Shown here: positions 37,826 through 45,914 of the stretch, in pieces
Numbering within the stretch: position 1 is the stretch's first letter
How the letters are laid out: each line of letters starts with the position of its first letter
Source of the DNA: Phycisphaerae bacterium
GTDB lineage: Bacteria; Planctomycetota; Phycisphaerae; WQYP01
NCBI GenBank assembly: GCA_035504095.1
Contig: DATJSN010000040.1
Coordinates: 1-47,118 of the forward strand
DNA: 47,118 nt
Direction: 5' to 3'
Program-made: the position numbers and the translations under genes
Notes under the pieces: generated by a model
Told to the model about the DNA's origin: nothing
Seen by the model: the letters and a program-made list of their open reading frames with translations, nothing else
The model's database searches: none

Positions 37826-39637
37826 ATGTTGACCGACGCCGAACTACTGGGTTCATTCGTTCGCGACCGCTCAGAGGACGCATTCAAGACCTTGCTGGAT
37901 CGCCATCTGAAGCTGGTTTATGGAGCAGCGCTGCGCCAAGTAAATGACCCCGGCATAGCTGAAGACATCGCCCAGGGCGTGTTTATGGCGCTGGCCCGGA
38001 AAGCTCCGTCGCTGCAAGGCAGAGCAGCAACTCTCCCGGTCTGGCTCCTGACCGCTACTCGATTCGCTGTTTATAACACGCTCCGTAACCGCATGGTGCG
38101 CGCTCAATATGAGCAGAAAGCCGCTGTTATGAAAACACAATCTGCAACGTCCACCGATTCAAATGTCTTAAGGTCAATAATCGACGAAGCCCTGAATCGA
38201 CTTACTCCACCCGATCGCACAGCCATCGCGGCCTATTACCTGGAAAATCGCAACTTGCGGGAGGTCGGCGACATACTGACGGTATCGGAAGATGCCGCCC
38301 AAAAGCGCGTGAGCCGGGCGTTGGATCGCTTGCGTGAAGTCCTCGCCCGGCGCGGAATCGTGTGTCCGGCCGACGCTTTAGAAGCGAGCCTGCACCAGTA
38401 CGGCGCTGTTGCAATTCCCCCGATGCTTTTGACCGCCATTTTCAACGGAGTGTTTTCTCACGGAGGCATCCCAACCGCAGGCTCGGTTATTGCCCAACAC
38501 ATTTTGAAGAGATTGCTTTTGAAGAAGGTCGCGATTATTGCCTTAAGTACAATGGCCGTTGCCGCTGTTGCCGCGCCTGTTGCGCCAGTGGTTTATCGTG
38601 CCGCATTGGGGAATTCGAGCGTTATATACCCAGTGAGGGCAAGCACAACTGTTGGTTCCGGCACCACAGTCAATTCGGCTGCACAACCCGCCGATTCAGG
38701 AAATAATGATTATCAGCTTGGAATGCAAGCTTTTAATAAACAAGACTATCAGCAAGCTATGGTTTGGTTCCAAAAGGCCGCTGCGCTTGATAATTCTGAC
38801 GCGATGGATGGTATTGGTGTACTTTATCAAGACGGTCTTGGCGTATCCCATGATTCTCACCAGGCGATGACCTGGTATCAAAAGGGAGCGGAAGCGGGAA
38901 ATATAAACTCGATGATGCATCTCGCCATGATGTACGATTCAGGCGGGAAGAAGACCCGGGATTACGAACGAGCTTTTATTTGGTATCAAAAGGCCGCGGC
39001 ACTGGGTAATCCCCAGGCCATGTGTGAACTTGGTTTTCATTACGAGAATGGAATGGGTATACCTCAGGATAATCAGCAAGCAGAATATTGGTATCAAAAG
39101 GCTATCGCTATAGATCATTCTACCGCGATGGTCTCCATCGGCGATATTCATGCAGTGGCCTACGGCATGAGTCACAACAGGAATAAGCAGGCGCTTGAGC
39201 AGGCCATGGTTTGGTATCAGAAAGCTGCGGCTTTGGATAATTATCAAGCCATGATCAATATGGGGGATATCTATCAAAATCTACCAGCATTTGATGCCGA
39301 ATATGACACGGCTGGAGCAGAGCAACAGACTTATCAGCAAGCCATGGTCTGGTACCGGAAAGCTGCTGCCCTGGGCAGTGCTCGTGCCATGTTCAGCATC
39401 GGTATGCTCTACCAATACGGCGATGGTGTACCCCAAGACTATACGCATGCAATGGTTTGGTACCAAAAGGCCGCGGTTCTGGGCGATTCTAATGCCATGT
39501 ATAGCATTGGTTTGTTTTATTACAACGGCTATGGCGTGGTTCAGGATAACGCCAAAGCAAGGGAATGGCTTGAAAAAGCTTCACAATCTGGAAATCAATT
39601 CGCTCAGGCCAAACTCGCCAGTATGCCCACAAAATAA
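37826..39637 (+). CDS. ECF-type sigma-70 factor fused via a TM helix to a C-terminal Sel1-repeat domain (603 aa).
   Basis: Region 2 (…KLVYGAALRQVNDPGIAEDIAQGVFMAL…) and region 4 (…AIAAYYLENRNLREVGDILTVSEDAAQKRVSRALDRLR…). A hydrophobic helix (VAIIALSTMAVAAVAAPVAPVV). Then at least 8 Sel1 repeats (…AMVWYQKAAALGN…). Confidence 0.7.
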   Translation: MLTDAELLGSFVRDRSEDAFKTLLDRHLKLVYGAALRQVNDPGIAEDIAQGVFMALARKAPSLQGRAATLPVWLLTATRFAVYNTLRNRMVRAQYEQKAAVMKTQSATSTDSNVLRSIIDEALNRLTPPDRTAIAAYYLENRNLREVGDILTVSEDAAQKRVSRALDRLREVLARRGIVCPADALEASLHQYGAVAIPPMLLTAIFNGVFSHGGIPTAGSVIAQHILKRLLLKKVAIIALSTMAVAAVAAPVAPVVYRAALGNSSVIYPVRASTTVGSGTTVNSAAQPADSGNNDYQLGMQAFNKQDYQQAMVWFQKAAALDNSDAMDGIGVLYQDGLGVSHDSHQAMTWYQKGAEAGNINSMMHLAMMYDSGGKKTRDYERAFIWYQKAAALGNPQAMCELGFHYENGMGIPQDNQQAEYWYQKAIAIDHSTAMVSIGDIHAVAYGMSHNRNKQALEQAMVWYQKAAALDNYQAMINMGDIYQNLPAFDAEYDTAGAEQQTYQQAMVWYRKAAALGSARAMFSIGMLYQYGDGVPQDYTHAMVWYQKAAVLGDSNAMYSIGLFYYNGYGVVQDNAKAREWLEKASQSGNQFAQAKLASMPTK

Positions 39638-39846
39638 CAATCGCATTTTGATTAACTCCTCTACCCCTCGACAACGGTTATTATACCACCCCGATCTGAG
39701 GGCGTTGGCGTGGGGGCGCAAGGCTGTCATCGTGTGTCCTAAGCCGCGTCGCAGGGCCTGCCCTGAGTAAGATCGAAAGGTATCGTTGTGATAAATAATC
39801 TGTATTAATCTGCGGATCGGTTTTCAACTCTCTATTTTCCAGACGC

Positions 39847-39903
39847 AGCCCGACGGTCGCACGATTCAAGACAATTACGCGAATAGAGCAGGGGATCAGG
39901 AAA
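39847..39903. repeat. Left copy of an about 55-bp direct repeat flanking the 2.2-kb low-GC two-gene cassette.
   Basis: agcccgacggtcgcacgattcaagacaattacgcgaatagagcaggggatcaggaaa versus 42110-42166 agcctggcggtcgcacgattcaagacaatgagccgaatagagcagaggatcaggaga. The core cggtcgcacgattcaagacaat is identical. Confidence 0.6.
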
Positions 39904-39914
39904 ACAAATTTATG

Positions 39915-40595
39915 CTAGTGGATCGTAAAGGGGGGTAGATCGTCGTCAGCCTCTTTCCACATTCTATCCTTGCTACTAAACTCCATTGGTGCTGGTCCTC
40001 CGGCCCAGCCAGCCGGTTCGTCCTCATATACAAAATAGAATTCTTGTCCATCGGAAGAATAGCCGCCATCATCCCGCAGAAGAAAAGGCGGTTCACCCAA
40101 TAAGGAAACAGGAAGCGCCAAAGGATAGGAACCGTTCTGAATTTTGATTTTATCGAGAATGGGCGCAGCATGGGCTACATAGCTGCGCACAGAATAATTA
40201 TTCCAATCATCTATAACAGAACCCATCATATAAAAAACGAAAATGGATATAGTGAACGAGCAACAAATGACAACGGTCCAGCTAAGCCACGGCCAGATCT
40301 TTTTTCCGTCGATTAATCTTGTAAAAGCGATTGCCGCCACCAACAAAGAAATTGGAAAGGAGAAAAAGAACCCCTCCAGCGACAGAACAAAATTAAGAAA
40401 TAGGTCATCCTGAAATATAAAACCCATCAGCGCTCCAAACGAGAGAATGATGATGCTCAGAAACAGTTTCCCGTAGTCGGCTTCGGTCATCTTGAATTTC
40501 TTGAAGAAAAAAGTCATGGAATGAATTATATCAGACATGGTAGAGAGAATTTCGCTACGTATCAATTTCAGAAATCGCATTGATAAGAAGTTCAA
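39915..40595 (-). CDS. Hypothetical integral membrane protein (low-GC gene).
   Basis: Three or four hydrophobic helices (FLSIIILSFGALMGFIF, FSFPISLLVAAIAF, WTVVICCSFTISIFVFYMM). AT-rich codon usage unlike the neighbours. The start is uncertain; an internal Met at residue 20 is possible. Confidence 0.45.
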   Translation of the reverse strand: MNFLSMRFLKLIRSEILSTMSDIIHSMTFFFKKFKMTEADYGKLFLSIIILSFGALMGFIFQDDLFLNFVLSLEGFFFSFPISLLVAAIAFTRLIDGKKIWPWLSWTVVICCSFTISIFVFYMMGSVIDDWNNYSVRSYVAHAAPILDKIKIQNGSYPLALPVSLLGEPPFLLRDDGGYSSDGQEFYFVYEDEPAGWAGGPAPMEFSSKDRMWKEADDDLPPFTIH

Positions 40596-40930
40596 TGGGT
40601 GCGGAAGTATGTACTTGAGTAAAGGCTGAACTATCCTACATGAAGGCGTAATATCTAACTTGTTGGTGGACGGCGTTTTTTAAATAAATACCAACAGATA
40701 AACACTATTAGTGATCCATACCAAAAAAAATCAATTACGTTACCGATAGTCATTGTGTCGGCAATCAATTCCGTTTACCCCGTTTGCGTATCTCCGGTTT
40801 GAGCCAGCCCGATTTAGGACGTTTCTTGGCCAGAGGGGATTATACCCAGCCAATTATTCGAATTAAAATAACGTCATCGGGACAGGTGAAAGTTGAGCAG
40901 GTGATCAGAAGAACAACGAAGAGAATAGCT

Positions 40931-40968
40931 GACAGGGTACAGAGAACAGTTCAAATCCTGTTGCCTCG
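40931..40968. repeat. Copy 2 of the same motif, 130-160 bp upstream of the RDD-family gene.
   Basis: gacagggtacagagaacagttcaaatcctgttgcctcg. The spurious track ORF 40784..41128 is read through this element. Confidence 0.55.
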
Positions 40969-41124
40969 ATACCTTGAAGCTATCATGACCAATATGATTT
41001 GGGATAATGCCACAAACGAATTGCTATATTACCGTTTGCCAAACATAACATATGGGCTGCGCAAGATAATTGGCGACATTAATCAGCCATTATACAAATG
41101 GGAACTCCCACTTGGAGTACATTT

Positions 41125-42111
41125 ATGAAATACCACGTCCAGATCGGCAAAACAATGAAGTCACAATTGCTGTCTATTGATGAAATAAAACAAAAACTTC
41201 AAACTGGGGAAGTGTCGTTAGACTCAAAATGTATGGGCGAGCAAGGCGGGTGGCATGAAGTCAAGGATATATTGGCGGTAGAAGAACAGAAGCCACAAGA
41301 AAATACCCAAGTCACGAATAAGCACACAGCACGCAATATCTTTTTAGGAATACTTTCGACTATATGCTTGGTAAATTTCATTGAGGAACCAAGACCAAGC
41401 AACCAAATTAAGTTAATCATAGTTGCCATCGCCTGTGTTACTACTGGCTGCATTCTCCTATACACGCTTGCTAAACGCACGAAGACACAAGCTGCAACTT
41501 CGTTAGCTGCATCTCCAACTGATCTCTTGAAATACGGAACTGTTTGGCAACGAACTTTCGGGGCACTGATAGATGATTTACTGCTCCTGCCGTTGGGATT
41601 GTTAATCCTTTGGCTGAATCATTTATCGAAGACAACCGCACTGATTGATATGGTGCCGATGGTCGCCATCTCGTTGGGCTATAACATTTATTGCAGTGGA
41701 CGTTTTGGACAGACGGTAGGCATGTGGTTGGAAGGCATTCGAATCGTGAAGGTTGATGGCCGTGCCATTGGTTGGCGCGAAGCATGGTTGAGAAGTTCGA
41801 TAAGAATTATTTTTGTTGTTCCCGACACAATTGCAGGCTTCATTGCTTTACTCAGCATACCTGATACAGCCTACTATGGCGTTGATTGGTGGCAACAGAC
41901 CTTAAATTTAGTTAAATATTATCCATGGTGGTATTTGATCTTACATAGGGCGGGGGGAATTTGGTTTGGATGTGATATTCTGGCCATAGTATTAAACAAG
42001 AAACGAAGAGCATTACATGATTTCATTGCCGGTACCATTGTCATTGTATTACCGAAGAAAGAACAAATCGCAAGTGCAGCAAATACTAGTGAAACGAAAC
42101 CACCGAAATAG
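41125..42111 (+). CDS. RDD-family membrane protein with an N-terminal DUF4339/GYF-like domain.
   Basis: MKYHVQIGKTMKSQLLSIDEIKQKLQTGEVSLDSKCMGEQGGWHEV fits the DUF4339 pattern. RDD-like …FGALIDDLLLLPLGLLILW… and …RFGQTVGMWLEGIRIVKVDGRAIGWREAWLR…. GGAG lies 9 nt upstream of the ATG at 41125; the track start 41098 is also possible. Confidence 0.6.
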   Translation: MKYHVQIGKTMKSQLLSIDEIKQKLQTGEVSLDSKCMGEQGGWHEVKDILAVEEQKPQENTQVTNKHTARNIFLGILSTICLVNFIEEPRPSNQIKLIIVAIACVTTGCILLYTLAKRTKTQAATSLAASPTDLLKYGTVWQRTFGALIDDLLLLPLGLLILWLNHLSKTTALIDMVPMVAISLGYNIYCSGRFGQTVGMWLEGIRIVKVDGRAIGWREAWLRSSIRIIFVVPDTIAGFIALLSIPDTAYYGVDWWQQTLNLVKYYPWWYLILHRAGGIWFGCDILAIVLNKKRRALHDFIAGTIVIVLPKKEQIASAANTSETKPPK

Positions 42112-42166
42112 CCTGGCGGTCGCACGATTCAAGACAATGAGCCGAATAGAGCAGAGGATCAGGAGA
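42110..42166. repeat. Right copy of the about 55-bp direct repeat (starts at the RDD gene stop codon).
   Basis: See the left copy. Both copies sit immediately 3-prime of the gene ends: 39915 (minus gene) and 42111 (plus gene). Confidence 0.6.
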
Positions 42167-42186
42167 CCGAATCAGCGATTTGATGC

Positions 42187-43083
42187 TTATCTAATCCATT
42201 CCAGGTTTGTTCCGATTAGCAATTCGGTCATCCGAGCATGATGGGTATTCTTCATTGCAATGGGCACTACTTTGAAACTGTGCTCTCTCGCCAAGGATCG
42301 AACACTGGGGTCATCGTCATAGGTTAATAGGACATCTCCGGAAACACGGCTCGCTACTGTAAATAATTTTTTGTGATCTAAATGATGATGCACGTATAGT
42401 CGTGATCCGGCGCGTTTGCCGACTTCTCCCGCTGTGTAGGGTGGATCAATAAAGAATACGGCTTGTTTTTTATGACGGTGTGATTGGATAATATCGATTC
42501 CATCACCGTGTATAAAAGTGAATCTGTCCCTTATTTTAGAAATGTCTCTAATTCGTTTCGCTAAGGTCTCTGGATACCAGCGGGAGCGAATTCCTTTGCC
42601 ATTTTCTCCGGTCTTAATCAGAGCAGACCCTGGCGCTAGAATCCCACCATGATAAGTCCTATTTTTTAGGATAGCGCTGAATGCTTGTTCGCGAATCTCA
42701 CCATTTTCCTTGGATAGTTGGCTCCGCACATTTTCAATGGTTAATTTGAATGAAAGAATTCGATCAGCAAGCCAAGCCGCATCTGAACTTAACAACGTTT
42801 TCCATACGGCCGCAATTTGGGCGTCTAATTCAACGAGAATAACATGTTCGACTAATTCCTCGAATGCAGCTGTGAGGCCGACAATAGCACCACCCGCAAA
42901 TGGTTCGATCAAAAGAGAAGGGGGGCGCTCAAAACTCTTGAGCCATTGGCGAATCCGGGGAACAAGCCATGTTTTTCCGCCAGGATAGCGAAAGGGGCTG
43001 CGATGAGGAACAGACGCCACATTCACCACATGTTCCGTTGGCGGCAGCCCGAACATCGTGAGTTGCATATTAGAGAGTCGCAA
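42187..43083 (-). CDS. Dam-family (D12 class) N6-adenine DNA methyltransferase.
   Basis: Motif I …LIEPFAGGAIVG… (FxGxG) and motif IV …FFIDPPYTAG… (DPPY). Confidence 0.75.
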   Translation of the reverse strand: MRLSNMQLTMFGLPPTEHVVNVASVPHRSPFRYPGGKTWLVPRIRQWLKSFERPPSLLIEPFAGGAIVGLTAAFEELVEHVILVELDAQIAAVWKTLLSSDAAWLADRILSFKLTIENVRSQLSKENGEIREQAFSAILKNRTYHGGILAPGSALIKTGENGKGIRSRWYPETLAKRIRDISKIRDRFTFIHGDGIDIIQSHRHKKQAVFFIDPPYTAGEVGKRAGSRLYVHHHLDHKKLFTVASRVSGDVLLTYDDDPSVRSLAREHSFKVVPIAMKNTHHARMTELLIGTNLEWIR

Positions 43084-43936
43084 TGATTGTCTCCGTATCT
43101 GGTGGATTCAGTTTTTCGTCCACTTTTGACTGAAGCATCCCCAAAAACTCCTTAATGTCTCCAGGATCGGACCGGGTAATTTTGTTTAAGCTTTCGTGAA
43201 ACTTCGTATATATGGTTTTGTGCCGCGTGAAAGTATAAACGTCCTTGGATTTATCTTTTTTGAGATCATAGATAAACCATGCAATATCAGCGACTGATGG
43301 ATCGACTTCCTCAAGACTTGGAAGTGTTTGGAAAAAGCCGCGATTAAGTGCTACGGCGGTTTTTTTCTTCCACTCTTTGAGAATTCCGCCCTTAAAAATT
43401 AGCTGAGGCGCAAGTCGCTTGCGAGACGATGAAAGATAGTCGGGGTTGGGATAATTTGGTCGACTGCTCCAATCCATTTTGCCGCGACCCTTTGGATTTT
43501 CCATGAAATATTCAAACGGGTTGCGAACATTGCCAGAAATGTAAACCGCCTGAACCTCAAGTGCTCCAAAATCAGTTATCTTGCCGCGTTCGTTGTAAGA
43601 ACAAAGAACTATGTCAATATTTCCAGCAGATTTATTATGAGCGTCCTTTAGGCGGACTTCTGTAAGCGTAGTCCACTTAGTTCCCTTTGGGAAGAAAAAC
43701 CCCGCGGCATCTTCTGCAATGATCCATTGTTCACGGAATCGAATCGGGCAGGTTATTACAATGTCGTTACCATCGAATATGCTGCATACGCCTAGCGGGT
43801 TGTTCGCCTTATCCTTTGTGCAATTCGGAACCTTGTTATTGAAAGGACAAAGCCTATTTTTTCGATAGCGTGCCGCCTCATCCGTATTATTGGTGATGGG
43901 GAAACCAAACACTTCAGCGAGAGGTTGTTTGGCCAT
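43070..43936 (-). CDS. NotI-family-like type II restriction endonuclease, cognate to the downstream methyltransferase.
   Basis: The N-terminus, LAEVFGFPITNNTDEAARYRKNRLCPFNNKVPNCTKDKANNPLGVCSIF, resembles the NotI N-terminal AEFFG…CPF…C…GVC metal-binding region as I recall it. …GALEVQAVYISGN… resembles the NotI …VLEIQTMDFHGS… block. Overlaps the MTase gene by 14 bp. This comparison is from memory and was not searched. Confidence 0.55.
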   Translation of the reverse strand: MAKQPLAEVFGFPITNNTDEAARYRKNRLCPFNNKVPNCTKDKANNPLGVCSIFDGNDIVITCPIRFREQWIIAEDAAGFFFPKGTKWTTLTEVRLKDAHNKSAGNIDIVLCSYNERGKITDFGALEVQAVYISGNVRNPFEYFMENPKGRGKMDWSSRPNYPNPDYLSSSRKRLAPQLIFKGGILKEWKKKTAVALNRGFFQTLPSLEEVDPSVADIAWFIYDLKKDKSKDVYTFTRHKTIYTKFHESLNKITRSDPGDIKEFLGMLQSKVDEKLNPPDTETIIATL

Positions 43937-44077
43937 TCGAGCGTTCTTTCGAAATGAAAATTTTATCGTAGTTCAAACATTTTAAGCGATCATGCATTAT
44001 CAATGCATGAACCTCTGTAATTGAACAGGGTATATCTTTCGTAGCGGCATATCAAGCACAATTCCCACGATGTACCT

Positions 44078-44106
44078 TATGGATGTTCGCAAAATTGTGA
44101 ACGCGC
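44078..44106. repeat. Copy 2 of the palindrome-containing motif (GTTCGCAAAATTGTGAAC, 44085-44102).
   Basis: tatggatgttcgcaaaattgtgaacgcgc. 28 of 29 nt identical to 37592-37620, followed by a further similar stretch (…cggc(g/a)c…gccgaga…). Confidence 0.6.
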
Positions 44107-44264
44107 AGTAGCGGCACTTGGGGTGCCGAGACGGGAGTCGGGAGTGTTGGCCCCGGGTTTCCACCACGGGGCTGTATTCCGGCAGGATAAACCTGCCGGC
44201 TCTCAATGCGATGGCACGCCCTTCGACGGGCTCAGGACGGAAGCGGAGCGTGCCTGCTACATTA

Positions 44265-45896
44265 TTATAATTCCGCGAATTGCATCAGTTCGACTTTGGC
44301 CTGATGCGTGGGGAGCGCGATTTTGGCGTAATCGGTGAGACCCGCCTGGGCCATCAGTTGGCGCGCCTCGGCGGCCGAATAGGTATCGTGAAGATCCATT
44401 AATCGCCAGAAAACCCTGCCCAGCGGACGCGACCGTTCCAGAGGCGCAATCGCTTGCTGGAAAACCTGGATGCGTCCTTCGAAGTTTTCAAACACGCCTT
44501 CCTTTTCCGCCCACGTGCACACCGGCAAGGCAACGGACGCTTTCTGCACCAGTTCGCCATTATGCGCGCTTAAAACTATAAGAGTCGGCACACTGCCCAA
44601 CGCCGCGACGAGCTGAGATTCGTTATGCGCAATGGGATCGACGGCAACGACGACCGCTTTAACCTGCCCGGATTGAACTTTTTGCCCCAAATCCTCAATG
44701 GACGCGGTGTTGCCGCCGAAATAGGAAATGACTTTTTGGGCGCCTTTGCGGTTCGGTGCTTTTTCCGCCCGGATGGTATAGTTCACCACGCCAGTGGTGG
44801 GATTCTTAAACACCTGATCCTGGCCTTCAACCTTAGGCGGATTGGTCATTAACCAGGCCTGCGGATCGATTTCGCGAATCCACTTTGCGGCCAAAAACAT
44901 TTCTTCGGTGCCGTCAAACGGACTGAGCACCAAGGCCGTCGAACCAGGGCCTCCGGCGGCGACGATTTCTTTAAACGTCCTGACGATCTGTTCGAGCGTT
45001 TTGGACCATCTTTGTTCACCTTGGGCGCCGCGCACGCTGATGGTCGCAAGCCGGTTCTCATGAACGAATTTGAATCCATAACGGATGTCGTCGGAAATCC
45101 ACCATTTGTTGACCTGCTGATTAAAACGGGGCCTGATGCGATAAATTCGCCCCTCGTTGTGGTCGACGAAAATATTTTCCCCGCCGCTGGTAAACGGTGA
45201 TATGCTCGGCGTACTTTTAAGAAACCATACGCGCTGGGTAAATAAGAAATCCTTGTCCAACAGAGCGCCGACCGGGCATATGTCGATTACATTGCCGGAA
45301 AGCGGATTGTCCAGCGATTTTCCCTGAAATACGTCGATCTGCTCCCGGTGCCCGCGTCCAAATACGGCCAGCTCGCCGGTGCCGGAAATTTCCCGCGTAA
45401 AGCGCACACAGCGCGTGCACATGATGCAACGATCGGAGTAAAGCACGACGTGTTTACCGATGTCTTTTTTGGGTTTTTTGTCTTTGTCTTCTTCGAAACG
45501 GCTTTCGGCTCGGCCATATTTATAGCTGTAATCCTGCAAATAGCATTCGCCGGCCTGATCGCAAACCGGGCAATCCAGCGGATGGTTGATCAAGAGATAT
45601 TCCATCACCGCTTTCTGGTTGGCGACAGACTTAGGCGAAGTGCTGTAAACCTTGATGCCATCGGCGGCGAGCGTCTGACAACTTGGCACCAACTTGGGAA
45701 CCCTGACAAGTTTTCCGGGATCCTTGGGATCGGGTTGTTCCATTTCCACCAGGCAGATGCGGCAACTGGCCACAATGGAAAGACCCGGATGATAGCAATA
45801 CGACGGCAACTCTACGCCCGCATCCTGACAGGCCTGAAGAATCATCTTGCGGCCTTCCCAGGAAACCTTCTTACCATCTACTTCCATCGTGGGCAT
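44265..45896 (-). CDS. nuoG: NADH-quinone oxidoreductase subunit G (short form, 543 aa).
   Basis: N-terminal 2Fe-2S ferredoxin-like CYHPGLSIVASCRICLVEM. HPLDCPVCDQAGEC and CIMCTRCVRF 4Fe-4S motifs. Located directly downstream of nuoF. Confidence 0.8.
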   Translation of the reverse strand: MPTMEVDGKKVSWEGRKMILQACQDAGVELPSYCYHPGLSIVASCRICLVEMEQPDPKDPGKLVRVPKLVPSCQTLAADGIKVYSTSPKSVANQKAVMEYLLINHPLDCPVCDQAGECYLQDYSYKYGRAESRFEEDKDKKPKKDIGKHVVLYSDRCIMCTRCVRFTREISGTGELAVFGRGHREQIDVFQGKSLDNPLSGNVIDICPVGALLDKDFLFTQRVWFLKSTPSISPFTSGGENIFVDHNEGRIYRIRPRFNQQVNKWWISDDIRYGFKFVHENRLATISVRGAQGEQRWSKTLEQIVRTFKEIVAAGGPGSTALVLSPFDGTEEMFLAAKWIREIDPQAWLMTNPPKVEGQDQVFKNPTTGVVNYTIRAEKAPNRKGAQKVISYFGGNTASIEDLGQKVQSGQVKAVVVAVDPIAHNESQLVAALGSVPTLIVLSAHNGELVQKASVALPVCTWAEKEGVFENFEGRIQVFQQAIAPLERSRPLGRVFWRLMDLHDTYSAAEARQLMAQAGLTDYAKIALPTHQAKVELMQFAEL

Positions 45897-45914
45897 GATT
45901 TACTCCGATGATTC

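Noticed and set aside
40784-41128. 114-aa plus-strand ORF upstream of the RDD gene.
   Set aside because: It is read through the conserved intergenic repeat (40888-40972), which recurs in noncoding DNA at 37.6 kb, and it overlaps the real gene start. Most likely noncoding.
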